Of a DNA stretch of 64,000 nt, positions 11,013 to 22,897 are shown piece after piece. The notes beneath the pieces were generated by a model. The model was not told where the DNA came from and ran no database searches. It saw only the letters and a list, made by a program, of their open reading frames with translations. This DNA is from Podarcis cretensis. Lineage: Eukaryota. The stretch spans positions 47,678,001-47,742,000 of the forward strand of contig OX638161.1 in NCBI GenBank assembly GCA_951804945.1, in the 5' to 3' direction. The translations under genes were made by a program, and so were the position numbers. Position 1 is the first letter of the stretch. Each line of letters opens with the position of its first letter.

Positions 11013-12074
11013 AAAGTTTTGACTTTCATGTGTTATCTGCTGGCAAAAGATGAGTATAGATAAGTATCATCATCCTCATCATCATCATTATGAAGTTAAG
11101 CCAAGCCTGCCTGGATCAGACCAGGGAAGCATATAGTTCAGCTTCCTGTTTTATACATTGACACAGAATCGGAATCATAGAATCACAGAGTTGAAAGGGA
11201 CCACAAGGGTCATCTAGTCAAAACACATGCAATGCAAAAATATTTTTGCCCAGTGTGGGGCTTGAACCCCAGGACCCCAAGATTAAGTATAGGCAGTTTC
11301 TGTAGCTGGAGGGAAGGTGACATCCTGCCCTTTGCCTCATGCTCCATAATACCTCATCTCACCATGTCCATTGTATTGTGACTGCTTCTGCCCTGAAAGA
11401 GAGTCTGACTTCACTGTGACAATAGTTGGATTATCAAAATCACAAGCTGAGCAAATGGGATTGTGGCAGAAAATTGCTACAACAGCTTTGCTAACTGTCA
11501 TGGAGCTCAGGTCAGAAAATTACCATGTACGGCGTCTGTGGCTTGAAGTCAGAGTACATAGAAGCCTTCCTGCCCAAAATAGCTGTGAGAGAGCTCTAAG
11601 ATTTCCAAAAGTGTGTAATTGGAGTCCAGCCACAGTGCCTAAAGGACCACAGGTGAAAGGGAGGGAATATTATGAATATTATAGCAAAAGTGGTCAAATT
11701 CTGCTATAAATAATAGTATAGTAGTAGTAGTAGTAATATTAATAATATTAATATTAATGATAATAATGATGATGATGATAAATATATTTATACAACACCC
11801 ATCTGGCTGCGTTTCCCCAGCCACTCTGGGCCACTTACAGCATATATAAAAATTGTAAAACATCAGACATTTAAAATTTCCTGATTCAGGGCTGCCTTCA
11901 GCTGTCTTCCTTCAAAAGAGTATTTCCTCTTCAATCTGAGGGTGGTTTTTTTGGGGGGGGAGGGGGGAGTATTATAGATGAACTGTATGTAATTGACATA
12001 TGAACAAGCAGATCTATTGATCATAGCCTCCCTAATTTGCCAGCCACTTTGTAAAAAAGGACCACACGTGTTCA

Positions 12075-12337
12075 GATTTCCTCCTCTTCAGATAGTGTTT
12101 GAAGACTTCATTGACCTTCTCATTCCTCAAACTATAAATAAAAGGGTTCAAAAATGGTGTACCCGCTCCAGTAAGGACTGCAACTCCCTTCTGGACATCC
12201 CAAGATCATCCCTGGCTGGGCAAGGACTACATGAATATTGCACTGCCATAAAAGATGAATATGGCTCTGCTGTGAGAAGTGCAGGTTGGAAATGTCTTTT
12301 CCGACCTTTTACGGAGTACATGTGAAAGATGGTGGCA
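12075..12337 (-). pseudogene. OR pseudogene fragment (TM6-TM7)
   Basis: Paralog of 6445-6920, truncated by a deletion near 12337. Confidence 0.75.
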
Positions 12338-13864
12338 AAATTTTGTACTAGTTAACTATTTAATCATATAGCTTGGCACTGATACTACCCTAGATATCTC
12401 TCTCAGAAACAGGAATAATTGACGTGTTTGCCCATAATGAAAATAAGAAAACTCTGAATACCTTTATAAAGCAAAGCAGTATAATATGCTATAATATGCC
12501 TTACCTTGGTATGATGCAGCTATCAGCACCAGATCTATAATATAGATTTTCTGTGTCACTTAAATCTTATCATGGCTGGGTGTCTTCCATCATCCTCTCC
12601 ATAGAATACTAGTGAGACAAGCTTTATTTAAAGGTCCCTTGGGAGGAGGATGTTCATTCTTAAGTGGAACAAAGCTGTGTTAATTTGTACAGCTGTTTTA
12701 ATTTGCCTTCTCCAACCCATGCTCTCCACATGTTTGGACCACAGCTCCCAGCAGCCACTGCCAGATTCAGAGGGTCCCAAATTCAATCTCCATGTTAGGA
12801 GCTGATGATTATTCCAGTCTTTCCCAGGCCTATCTGAAATTGGTAGCAATTGAACCCAGGACTTTCTGTGTGCAAATCAGATGCTTTACCACTCAGCCCT
12901 CCCTGCCCCCCACAGTGGAATGTGTTGCATCCATAACAAAGCACAGGAGGCAATTGGCCAAGTGCAGGAAGCCCCCAATTGTTATTTATACATATAAAAA
13001 CATACACACTAGACCTGTCAGCATGCTGAGCAAAGCAAGAAAACAACTAGAAGATGGCAAAAATGTATCTTTGGATCTCTGTACATCAGTGGTGGTTAAC
13101 TTTGGTAGGACCACAGGTTAGCTACCCTTGCTCTGTCTATAGGCATCACCCCTCTCCTTTGCCTGTTTCAGTGACGATCTGCAGTGATTAAAAATGGGTC
13201 CATTTTCTACACACCTTCCTCCTAAAGAAATGCTTTGCAGACATTTAATTTATTTAATGAACTGTACACTCCCTTACAGTGGAGTTTACAGTTTTATGTT
13301 GAGTGTTTCAGTCTCCTGAAATAGCTGTTTGCCAGTTCTTCATGCTTGCAGTGGCCTGACCACCATCAATGGATGCTAACTTTTATTTGTAGCCCATCTC
13401 TCCTCTCCTCTCATTCCTTGAATGCTTTCCAAAAGTACTTTATAAGTATCTAAATGTGCACTCCCCCAGATATGGCTAGCTGGTATCACTGAGAGCAAAA
13501 GTAGGGAACTGACAAGTGGTGTTTAATTTTAATTTTAATTTTCCCCAGAATACTGAAAAGGTTGCCATAAAAGTGATTTTGACAGAGTAGAAAGTGTTTG
13601 TGAAATACAGAGAGCAGCTTCACTTCATTTCTAAAGAGCTGCTTTTTTCAGAAATGAATACAAAGGACAACAGATTTGCGAAGGGGTGTTGATTTAAAAG
13701 GTATCTTGTTTTACACTGATTTTTAAGTTAGGGGACTTGTTGTTTAAAAAAAAACACCACCACAGTTTTCATACACTATCTAACAGTACTGCAGGAAACG
13801 TTGCTATATAATAGACTTTAAACTTTATTATATATTTTCCTAAGCTCCAAGTCTACTCATTAAC

Positions 13865-13899
<35 letters not shown>

Positions 13900-14556
13900 G
13901 TATCTATGCTGAAGTACCTCTATGAAGTAAGGTGTGCTTCTTATTCATTTTCCAGGAAGTAATTAATTCTCTAGGGAATGAATTCAAGGAACAAATTTAT
14001 TAAACTGTGACAAAATAATTTTGACCTCTAGTAATCTTAGTTGATTCTAGAAGATCAGAGTCCAAGATAATGAATTCTAGAGCTTCTCCTCATAGACTAA
14101 CACATAGTCAGTGGTATGATGGTCAGTTCTGACCATCCCTGACCACTGGTCCTCTTAGCTAGGGATGATGGGAGTTGTAGTCTCAAAACATCTTGAGGGC
14201 CAAGTTTGTCTATGCCTGGACTAGATCATGATCTGGCTATGCCACACAGGATCATAGTGTGAAGAAGTTACAAAGCTGGTTCCTTCCATTGGTTCTGGAC
14301 CCTGATAAGACTCCTAGAAACATGTCAGTTACCCAAAGAAAACAGGACAGTACCCACTTTGCTGAATAGTAAAGTGGTTTGATTTCCTCTTCCTTTTACA
14401 CTTATTTGTGTGTAATGCACTTTTTTATCCCCTGTATTATGATCTGGGAGACGAAGGCTCAAATCCTCACTCAGTTTTGCTGCAGGCAACACAACTATGA
14501 TTTAGAATGGAGGGCAAGAGACAGGGGCCGCTGAATTCTGGCATCGCACTGGGAGC

Positions 14557-14722
14557 CATAGCTGTCAACCTTCCCTTTTTTGTGTGGGAAATTCCCTTAT
14601 TCCAGCGCCGTTTCCCACTGCTTCCTGCTGCTATCGCAGATTGTTAGATATCCCGTAGACTGTCCCTGGGACAGGTGAGACTGCTGATCCCTTATTTTCA
14701 AATCTGAAAGCTGACAGCTATG
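14557..14722. mobile_element. hAT-type MITE
   Basis: TIRs CATAGCTGTCA / TGACAGCTATG; 8-bp TSD CTGGGAGC / CAGAGAGC with 2 mismatches. Confidence 0.6.
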
Positions 14723-14797
14723 CAGAGAGCCACTGATATTTGAGACCCCAAGGTCTGCCACTGGTTGCTGTGAGGATAAAATGGAGAGAACAATATA

Positions 14798-15028
14798 CAG
14801 TGGTGCCACTGGTTATGAACTTAATTTGTTCTGGAGGTCCGTTCTTAACCTTAAACCCTTCTTAACCTGAGGTACCACTTTAGCTCATGGGCCCTCCTGC
14901 TGCTGCAGCGCAATTTCTATTCTCATCCTGGGACAAAGTTCTTAACCCGAGATACTATTTCTGGGTTAGCAGCGTCTGTAAACTGAAGTGTTTTTAACTT
15001 GAATTGTTTGTAACCCAAGGTACCACTG
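14798..15028. mobile_element. Tc1/mariner (Tigger-like) MITE
   Basis: TA|CAGTGGT...ACCACTG|TA; same family as 28267, 60270, 63755. Confidence 0.8.
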
Positions 15029-15223
15029 TACACCACAATGAGCTCCTTGAAGGAATGATGGGGTATACATTCAATGACAAACAAAATTAACCAAATGTCA
15101 TTCACAGATTTTTCTCTACACACACACATTTTTCAAACTGATTTCAGCCACTGATCATATCTCATCGTAGCTTTCTCTGCTAATGGGAAATATCAAGAAC
15201 TTCAATGTCATAAGGCTTTACAA

Positions 15224-15259
<36 letters not shown>

Positions 15260-15352
15260 CATCATCCCATTCATTTTCTACCTCATTCACTTTGCTTGTT
15301 TTATATTGACCCTGCAGTTGCCCCCTGCCACAGAGGGGAGAAGAGCCTCAAA

Positions 15353-16306
15353 TTATTTCCACTCATTCCACCTCCTTAAACAGTCTTTTAAGGCCTCTTT
15401 GACCTTCTGATTCATTACAGTATAAATAAATGGGTTTAGTAATGGTGTCACCACTGAGGTAAGGACAGCAAGTGCCATCTGGACAGACTGAGAACGTCCC
15501 TGATTGGGCAAAGAGTACATAAAGATTGAACTGCCATAAAAGATGGAGGCAACAGTGATGTGAGACGCACAGGTAGAAAATGTCTTCTGCCAACCTTTGG
15601 TGGAATGCATGCATAAGATGGTTGCGATGATGTAGACATAAGAGACAACAGTGACCGTTAAAGAGCCAAGGAGCACCACTGAGGACAGGGCAGTCTCCAC
15701 AGCCAGGAGAGCATACACGTCATTGCAGGAAAGTTTTATCATTGGGGCATAGTCACAGAAGAAGTGGTCTATAATATTAGAGCCACAGTAGGAAAGGTAA
15801 GAGAGCAAAATGATTGGGGCAAGGATAGAAAGGAAGCCACCCATCCAGCAACCCAGGACCAAACAGGTGCAGACCCATCAATTCATGATGATGGCATAGC
15901 GAAGTGGTCTGCAGATGACAACATAGTGATAAAAGGCCATTACGGCAATAAGGATGGTTTCACTGGTAGCAAAGGAGAAGTAGAAATAGCACTGGGCCAC
16001 ACAGCCCAATAAAGAGATGGCTTTGTTCAGAGAAACCATGTTCACCAGCATCTTGGGGATGATAGATATGACAAAGAAGACCTCCGTAAGTGAGAGGTTA
16101 CAGAGGAAAAAGTACATGGGGGTTTGGAGACGCTGGTCCAGACATACCAGTGTGATGATGGCGATATTCCCAGCTAATGTTAGCAGAAAACTGAGAAGAA
16201 GCACCACAAAAATGAAGAGCTCCAAGCATCTAAGAAGTTGGAAGCCAATCAAGATGAACTCTGTCACCTGCTCCGGTTTGCTATGATTTCTTGGCTCCAG
16301 ATTGAG
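15353..16306 (-). pseudogene. OR pseudogene, paralog of the 19698 gene
   Basis: ORFs 15878-16267 and 15353-15862 are in the same frame, separated by one TGA at 15878-15880; DRY changed to YHY; no ATG in the exon. Confidence 0.88.
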
Positions 16307-16604
16307 CTACAAAATGATCAAGTGGGCACACACACAAATTAAAAAAATGGTAGAGTTTGTAGCATTCAAGGCAGGCCACTTCCCCCCTTTCCTGGGGTTA
16401 AAAGGATACAAACACCTCTCATTTTCACCTTAAACATTCATATAAAGTCATCTTCTGCAAGCCAGTGATTCCCCCCCCCCCCCAATTATGAGAATACTTC
16501 ACTTCTCATAAAACATTTTTTGTTGGTCCCACTCTTTTTGCACTGAAAGATTCTAGGCAGATTGTCCCAGTTCAGCTCTTTCTCTGAAGACTGCCTAAGA
16601 AATC

Positions 16605-16978
16605 AGTTGTGGACTTTTGTAGTCCTGTGCTGCCAGCCATGACAGAGTTCAATGGAGGGAGAAGTCAGCCAACCAGCCAAGTCTCAGAGGGGTACGTGCC
16701 TGGAGGCAGAGTCCATATAGAAGGTCCAATTCAGTCCTAAGGTCAGGAGTATCTCAGTTCATGTAGCCAGACGATCCAGGGGGTCAAGAAAGCCGAGGGT
16801 CCAAGGCTGCAAGAAGCAGCAAGGTCTGTTGTTTCCAGCACTTGATTGAGGCTGGAAACCCTAAAGAAAGCTGGAGCCAGCTGGTTCTCTTCAGGAGCAA
16901 GAAGGCAGATGAGCAGCAGGTGGAGTCACTTCACCTTCTGCTCCTTCAGGCAGGTGAAGCTGACTCCTGACCCATGAC
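16605..16978 (-). mobile_element. Possible degraded solo LTR
   Basis: TGTCATGG terminus on the minus strand; block absent from the paralogous upstream region of the 19698 gene; other end unclear. Confidence 0.3.
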
Positions 16979-18216
16979 ACAGACATAGGAGCCTCACCCA
17001 ATAAAATAATTGAGGGGGCACCCCCCCAAGATGGACATTGCCATTCAAATGGTGTGTGTGCACCATGTCATGTGATCAATTATGTGGGGTGGGGCTGACC
17101 TGCCACCCCCCTCAATATTTTCTTCAACTTGGCACCCATGGTGGTGGAGACATTGTTTAATTGCATTGAACCATCACACTATGCGTTACAGGAATATAAG
17201 AGGTATACATGAATGATTAAATTTAGAACTACCTGATGTGTATGTGGGGGGATTTTTCTTCTTTTAATTTTAATTGAATATCCCCCTTTAAAGAATCCCC
17301 ATTAGTCTTCATATCAAATGTCCATGTGTACTGAATGCTCTACAACAAATTGAACATACAACATGCTGGGTTGTACCAATCTCCTTTGTTTATACTCACA
17401 GAACCCCATTTTATCTGGAAGAGCATTCAAACAGCAGACTGGACAAAGGGACAGATATTTTCAATTCCCCTTCCACTTGTCATCCACATGTGGATCCCTG
17501 AAATATTTGTCAGGTGTAGATACTCCAGTGATTCAGAAAGCCTTCTGTAGGTTGATGAACACAATTCGTTACAGCCTCTGCTTTCTCTCCTGCAGTCAGT
17601 GTTAACATTTATTGGCCATATCAAGGTAATGAAATGCAATTGGTTCTTTCAGTTCTTGCCTTGGCTTGGTATAGTGTCTTTCTCCTTTACACAGTATGAA
17701 TTATCAGTAAGATGAAGCTTATATGAAGGCACTTGGGGATGATCATTACCGAGTGCCTAGAAGATTCAGCTTCATACCTAATGCCAGGGGAACCCAAGTC
17801 TCATACCAAGACCTTCTGATCTCACTGCCATTACCCAGATAACCAAAAATACAATGAACATCCTCAGTGGCCACAGAATGCTGCCAACTGTTGTGAGTGT
17901 CGAAGGAAAACCAGTTTGCGTGGCGGCAGCAGTGGAATGGTGCCTCTTGAAGAAAGGGCATGGCATTTCCACACTTCGTGGGACTATTTGCACCCTGCAT
18001 ATACTTATGTCCACTATCATCTGATGACCCACACCATCGGACTTTAGCTACAGACAGTAGGTGTCTCTCAAAAGCCAGTTTCTAATCATCAGTGGTGAGA
18101 CTACAGTACATGTGAAGTAAAATGCACACACACCTTTAGTCTTACAGGAATTGTTTTAAAAAGAAATAGTAGCCACAGGAGAGCATCAAATTTTGGAGTG
18201 TAGGACACAGTGATAT

Positions 18217-18459
18217 TGTTAAGTTGTGGGTGAACATATCAGACGACACAGTGAATAAACAGCTCTTGTTTATTCACAGGCCAGGACAGAACTGATCTGA
18301 AGGGCTCAGTTAGCCTGCTTATACAGAGCTCCAGTACCACGTTACTGTAACAACTTTCTAAAACTATCCAATCACTGAATGTCACTTTCGATCCTTCATT
18401 TGCATAACTATCTACAGTATCCCCCTGCTGGCCCAGGGTGAGAACTTCAGTACATAAGA
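18217..18459 (-). mobile_element. Solo LTR
   Basis: TGTTA...TAAGA termini (one mismatch to TAACA); 5-bp TSD GATAT; ATGCAAAT, ATTGG, TATAAG and AATAAA in order on the minus strand. Confidence 0.75.
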
Positions 18460-19422
18460 GATATTTCAAACCCTTTCCTTCCTGGCTGTGGTCACAATGG
18501 AAATTACAGTGGAATAGGCCCTCTGTCTTCCAGTGGCAGAAGGCATATGCAAGACATTTCAGTTTATATTGGTGCAGGGCACTACGGTAATGCTCAAGCT
18601 GCCATGCAAAGAAAGCATGGTAATAATGAACCCAAGAAATCCCAAAAGCCACATGTCATCACAAAGGAACTTGATCAATGGTTTATTGTCATGGAATAAA
18701 TGGTTGAGATTATATATCTCTCAATATAGCCTATACCGAGCTGGTTGGACCAATGGCCTGTCTCAGTATAAGACAAGTTCCTATATTTTTATTTTGGATA
18801 AATTTAAAAGAGGTTTCTAGACTGGTGGTATCCCTCCCAGAATCCCCAAAAGAAAAGATGCAGGCTCCAGGTGAAAATATAGTCCTTTATTGAAATACAA
18901 ATGAGCATAGGGACACCCTCAAAAATAAACAGGCTGCAAAGAACCACATCCAAATCAATGTTTCTGATACACTTCCAGATTACACGCGATTTCTACCCAC
19001 CACTCAAAGGATCAAGGCAATCTTAATAGCTGCATCCCAATGTCATCAGCCTGAACCAATCGAGATCATTTGGGTCTTCAGATCAGCCATCCTCATAATA
19101 TCATATCTTTACATAAATCATTTCTCAAAGTCTTTCTTTATTGTCGTTGACTATTTTTATTTAGCAATTAAATTTGTATACCGCCCTTCATCTGCATGTC
19201 TCCGGGCAGTTCACAACATAAGTATGCAATATGAAAGCACAAAATACATAATAAAAGCAAGAACTAAAAAGCACAAACCAATAAAAACCTTCCCCTACCC
19301 CATTTTCCTATTCATTAAATTTCTCCCCATATCCTGTTCTGTCTACAAAACAATCCAAGATTAATGACAATTGCCATACCTTTTTTAATGCAAGCAATGG
19401 CCATCATGGATCCTAACAGTTA

Positions 19423-19588
19423 CTGTATTTTTCTGTGTATAAGACGCCCCCATGTATAAGACCTATTTGGGGGGACTCCAAATTAAGAAAACACCCCTCA
19501 GCAATACGTGTGTATAAGATGAGTCCCAATTTTAAACCTAATTTTTTGGTAAAAAAAGAACAACCAACCTAGTCTTATACTGTAAAAG
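19423..19588. mobile_element. TcMar Tc2/pogo-like MITE, right end eroded
   Basis: TA|CTGTATTTTTCTGTGTATAAGAC ... GTCTTATAC. Confidence 0.65.
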
Positions 19589-19697
19589 GTCTGGAAGGGC
19601 CTCCTCCTTTCACCATTTTATTTAGGGATTGATAAATGGTGATGCCATTTTGACTTCCCTCTGAAAAGATAGGAGAAATGTCTCAGATGATTCCCAC

Positions 19698-20678
19698 TCA
19701 TTGTGAGAATGCCCACTTCCTCAGACAGTCTTTGAAAGCCTCCTTGACCTTCTCATTCCTTAGACTATAAATAAAAGGGTTTAGTAATGGTGTTACAATG
19801 GCAGTAAAAACTGCAACTACTTTCTGTACCTGCTGAGAAAATCCTTGCCTAGGTAAAGAGTACATGAAAATTGCACTGCCAAAAAAGATAGAGGCAACAG
19901 TGATGTGAGCAGCACAGGTGGAAAAGGTCTTTTGTCGACCTTTGGCAGAGTGCATGCGCAAGATGGTGACAATGACGTAGATGTAAGAGACGACTGTGAC
20001 AAACAAAGAGCTCAGGAGCACCACTGAGGACAAGACATTCTCCAGAGCCAATTGGAAATGGACATCATTGCAAGAAAGCTTTATCATTGGGGCGTAGTCA
20101 CAGAAGAAATGGTCTATAGTGTTAGAGCCACAGAAGGATAGGTTGAAGAGCAAAATGATGGGGCCAAGTGTAGAGAGGAAACCACCAATCCAGCAACCCA
20201 AGACCAAATTGATGCAGACCCAACCATTCATGATGATGGTATAGCGAAGAGGTTTGCAGATGGCAGCATAGCGATCAAAGGCCATCACGGCAATAAGGAT
20301 GGTTTCCGTGGTTCCAAGAAAGAAGTAGAAGTAGCACTGAGACACACAGCCCAAGAAAGAGATGGCTTTGTTCATGGAAAGGAGGTTCACCAGCATCTTG
20401 GGGGTGATTGACAAGACAAAGAGGATCTCCAGGAGGGAGAGGTTGCAAAGGAAAAAGTACATGGGGGTTTGGAGGCGCTGGTCCAGACATACCAGTGTGA
20501 TGATGGTGAAATTCCCAGCTACCGTTAACAGGAAAACAAGAAGCAACACCACAGAAAAGAATACCTCCAATGGCCTAGGAAGATGGAAACCAATTAAGAT
20601 GAACTCAGACACCTGCTCCACGCTGCTCTGATTCCTCAACCACAGTTTGAGCTGCAAAATCGGCAAGTGAAGACACAT
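19698..20678 (-). CDS. Olfactory receptor, OR6-like (second subfamily); start uncertain
   Basis: Intact frame; LQTPMYFFLCNLS, MAFDRYAAICKPLRY, KTFSTCAAH, PLLNPFIYSLRN; coding exon may begin at the acceptor at 20651. Confidence 0.93.
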   Translation of the reverse strand: MCLHLPILQLKLWLRNQSSVEQVSEFILIGFHLPRPLEVFFSVVLLLVFLLTVAGNFTIITLVCLDQRLQTPMYFFLCNLSLLEILFVLSITPKMLVNLLSMNKAISFLGCVSQCYFYFFLGTTETILIAVMAFDRYAAICKPLRYTIIMNGWVCINLVLGCWIGGFLSTLGPIILLFNLSFCGSNTIDHFFCDYAPMIKLSCNDVHFQLALENVLSSVVLLSSLFVTVVSYIYVIVTILRMHSAKGRQKTFSTCAAHITVASIFFGSAIFMYSLPRQGFSQQVQKVVAVFTAIVTPLLNPFIYSLRNEKVKEAFKDCLRKWAFSQ

Positions 20679-20959
20679 GCAAATTACACACGTTGGAGTT
20701 TGTGTGATTCAAGGTTGCCACTTTCCCCCTCTTCTGAGATTTCAGATATACAAATAACCATTATCTCCACCCTAAAAAGTCTTCTCTTGTATTCCAGTTA
20801 CTTCTTAATTTTACGATACTTCCCTTTTCATACATTCAGAACATTATTCTTATTCTTATTATTCCTCTCGTCCTAACAATGAGAGGTTCCATAAGATTGT
20901 CCTAGGTTGGCTTTTTCTCAGATCAATGCCTAACAAGTGGGTGATAGAAAAGTCAATTA

Positions 20960-21116
20960 CTGTATTTTTCTGTGTATAAGACTAGGGTTTTTTTTACAAA
21001 AAATAAAAAAATAAAATAAAATTGGGGCTTGTCTTATACATGGGTAGTGCTGTGGGGTGTTTTCTCAATTTGGAGTCCCTAAAATTAGGGGGCATCTTAT
21101 ACATGGAAAAATACTG
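20960..21116. mobile_element. TcMar Tc2/pogo-like MITE, inverted relative to 19423
   Basis: TA|CTGTATTTTTC ... GAAAAATACTG|TA. Confidence 0.7.
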
Positions 21117-22139
21117 TATCTGTACTGGAAAAAATCACCACCCCATGCATGAAACAAATGTGTGCAACAGTAGTATAATAGGCATGTTTGAATGATTCAG
21201 TTTAGAGCTGTCTGATGTGAGGAGGAAGATGAACCAATTGTTCTTCTATTAACTTAATTCACATACCTCTTTAAAGAATCCCCATTATTCTTAAAACCCA
21301 ATGTATGTGTATAGTGAATAATCTAAAATAAACAGCCAACATTATTTGGTTTTATCCAGTGGCTCCCACTGAGCCCTCTTCTTTTCAGGAGAGCATTGAG
21401 TCAGTAGATTGGAGAAAGGGGCATATTCCCTTTCCACATTGCAGACTCATATGCACCCTAAAATCTTACTCAGAAGGTGCTGCTGGGGTGGGGTCAGAGC
21501 AGTATGGAAAGTGGTGCTGATGGAAGGGGAAATTGGCAAAAAACCTGTATCTTCTCCTACTCCAGTACCGTAAGACTCCAAAGAATTAGAAAGTCACAGA
21601 CAAAATTTATTACATCCTCTGAATTTTCTTATGTAGCTAGCGGCCAAATCAAGATAATAAAGAAATAAAGTGTTGGTTCACTGGCCCCCTAATCTTACCA
21701 TGACTTAGTGTCGTGTCTTCATTCTTTCTACAGAATGTGCTGTCATTGAGACAGAGTTTATATGAAGTTACCTGGGGATGATTATTACCGAGTCCTAAAA
21801 GTTCCCAGCTGCATACCTAATGTCAGGGGAACCCAAGTCTCAAGTAAAGTCCTTCTCATCTCACTTTCATTGCCCAGAGAGCCAAAAGTACAGTGAGCAT
21901 GCTCCGTAGCCATGAAATGCTGCTAACTCACTGTTGAGGGTGATAGTGGTGGAAATGCGATGGGAGGGGTAATGGAATGACCTATCTTGCGAAAAGGGCA
22001 TGGCCAACTCATTGACATCTCCACACTTCAACTGCCACAAAAGCATCCTCCTCTGCTTTCATTTATGTCCACCCCCACAACACTCACTTTCAGACCTTAG
22101 CTACAGACAATAGGTGTCTCTCAAGGGCTATTTAGAAAC

Positions 22140-22470
22140 TGTTATGTACTAAGCTTGGATCCTAGAACAATAGGCAAATAGGATCCTAGAATGCAACAAC
22201 TGATTGGCTTGCAGGAAAAGACCAATCAGGCTCCAGGTGGAAGTTAATCAGCCTATTAGGCTGATAGGATTGTAGAATGCAACAACTGATTGGTCTGCAG
22301 AAAAAGACCAGTCAGGCTCCAGGAGGGAAGCAGAATCAGCCAATCAGACGGGACTCATTGAGTAAATAATGTATATAAAAGCCTGAGGGTTTGGGGGGGG
22401 CAATTCAATCACTGTTTTACAAGCTGCAATAAAGAGCATGAAATCACTACAGGACTCTGAGTATATTTCA
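22140..22470 (+). mobile_element. Solo LTR
   Basis: TG...CA termini; 5-bp TSD GAAAC; repeated CCAAT/ATTGG boxes, TATATAAAA and AATAAA; internal ~80-bp tandem repeat. Confidence 0.82.
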
Positions 22471-22897
22471 GAAACCAACACAGGTCATCCAAAATGTGAA
22501 GTTAAATGTATCTCTCTAGGTTTACAGGAATCATTTAAAACAGAAATGATAGCCACAGGTCAGGGAAACATCAGGTTGGGGTGTGGGGTGCTAACCTTTC
22601 CCTTCTGGCTTTGGTCACAATGACTCAGGGTCCATTCCATGATTCTATGATTCTATGAAAATCCTCTTCCCTACCTGCCAGCCTCTATTGGCATTTAGAA
22701 GAAAGCTCCCATTTGAGTCAAAGAAAGGGGCTGGAGAGAGATTTGGGTAAATAGCTGGGAGGGAAATGGTTAAAAACCTTCCATTCCCACCATAGTTGTG
22801 AGCTGAATCATCATCATCACATTATGATGCAAGTATTTTAATATTTTTAAAATATTAACAATGTTAACCCTGATTTTTTTTTAATCAAAAGTATATC

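Larger units (their letters stand above)
372..14063 (-). repeat. Left arm of large inverted segmental duplication
   Basis: 372-1550 is the reverse complement of ~61040-62390; 12340-14063 is the reverse complement of ~31951-33645; internal blocks match the right-arm tandem units. Confidence 0.9.

Noticed and set aside
21261-21290. Alternative start exon ATGGGGATTCTTTAAAGAG|GTATGT for the 19698 OR
   Set aside because: The ATG frame stops after 4 codons and the donor-phase frame has TAA with no ATG
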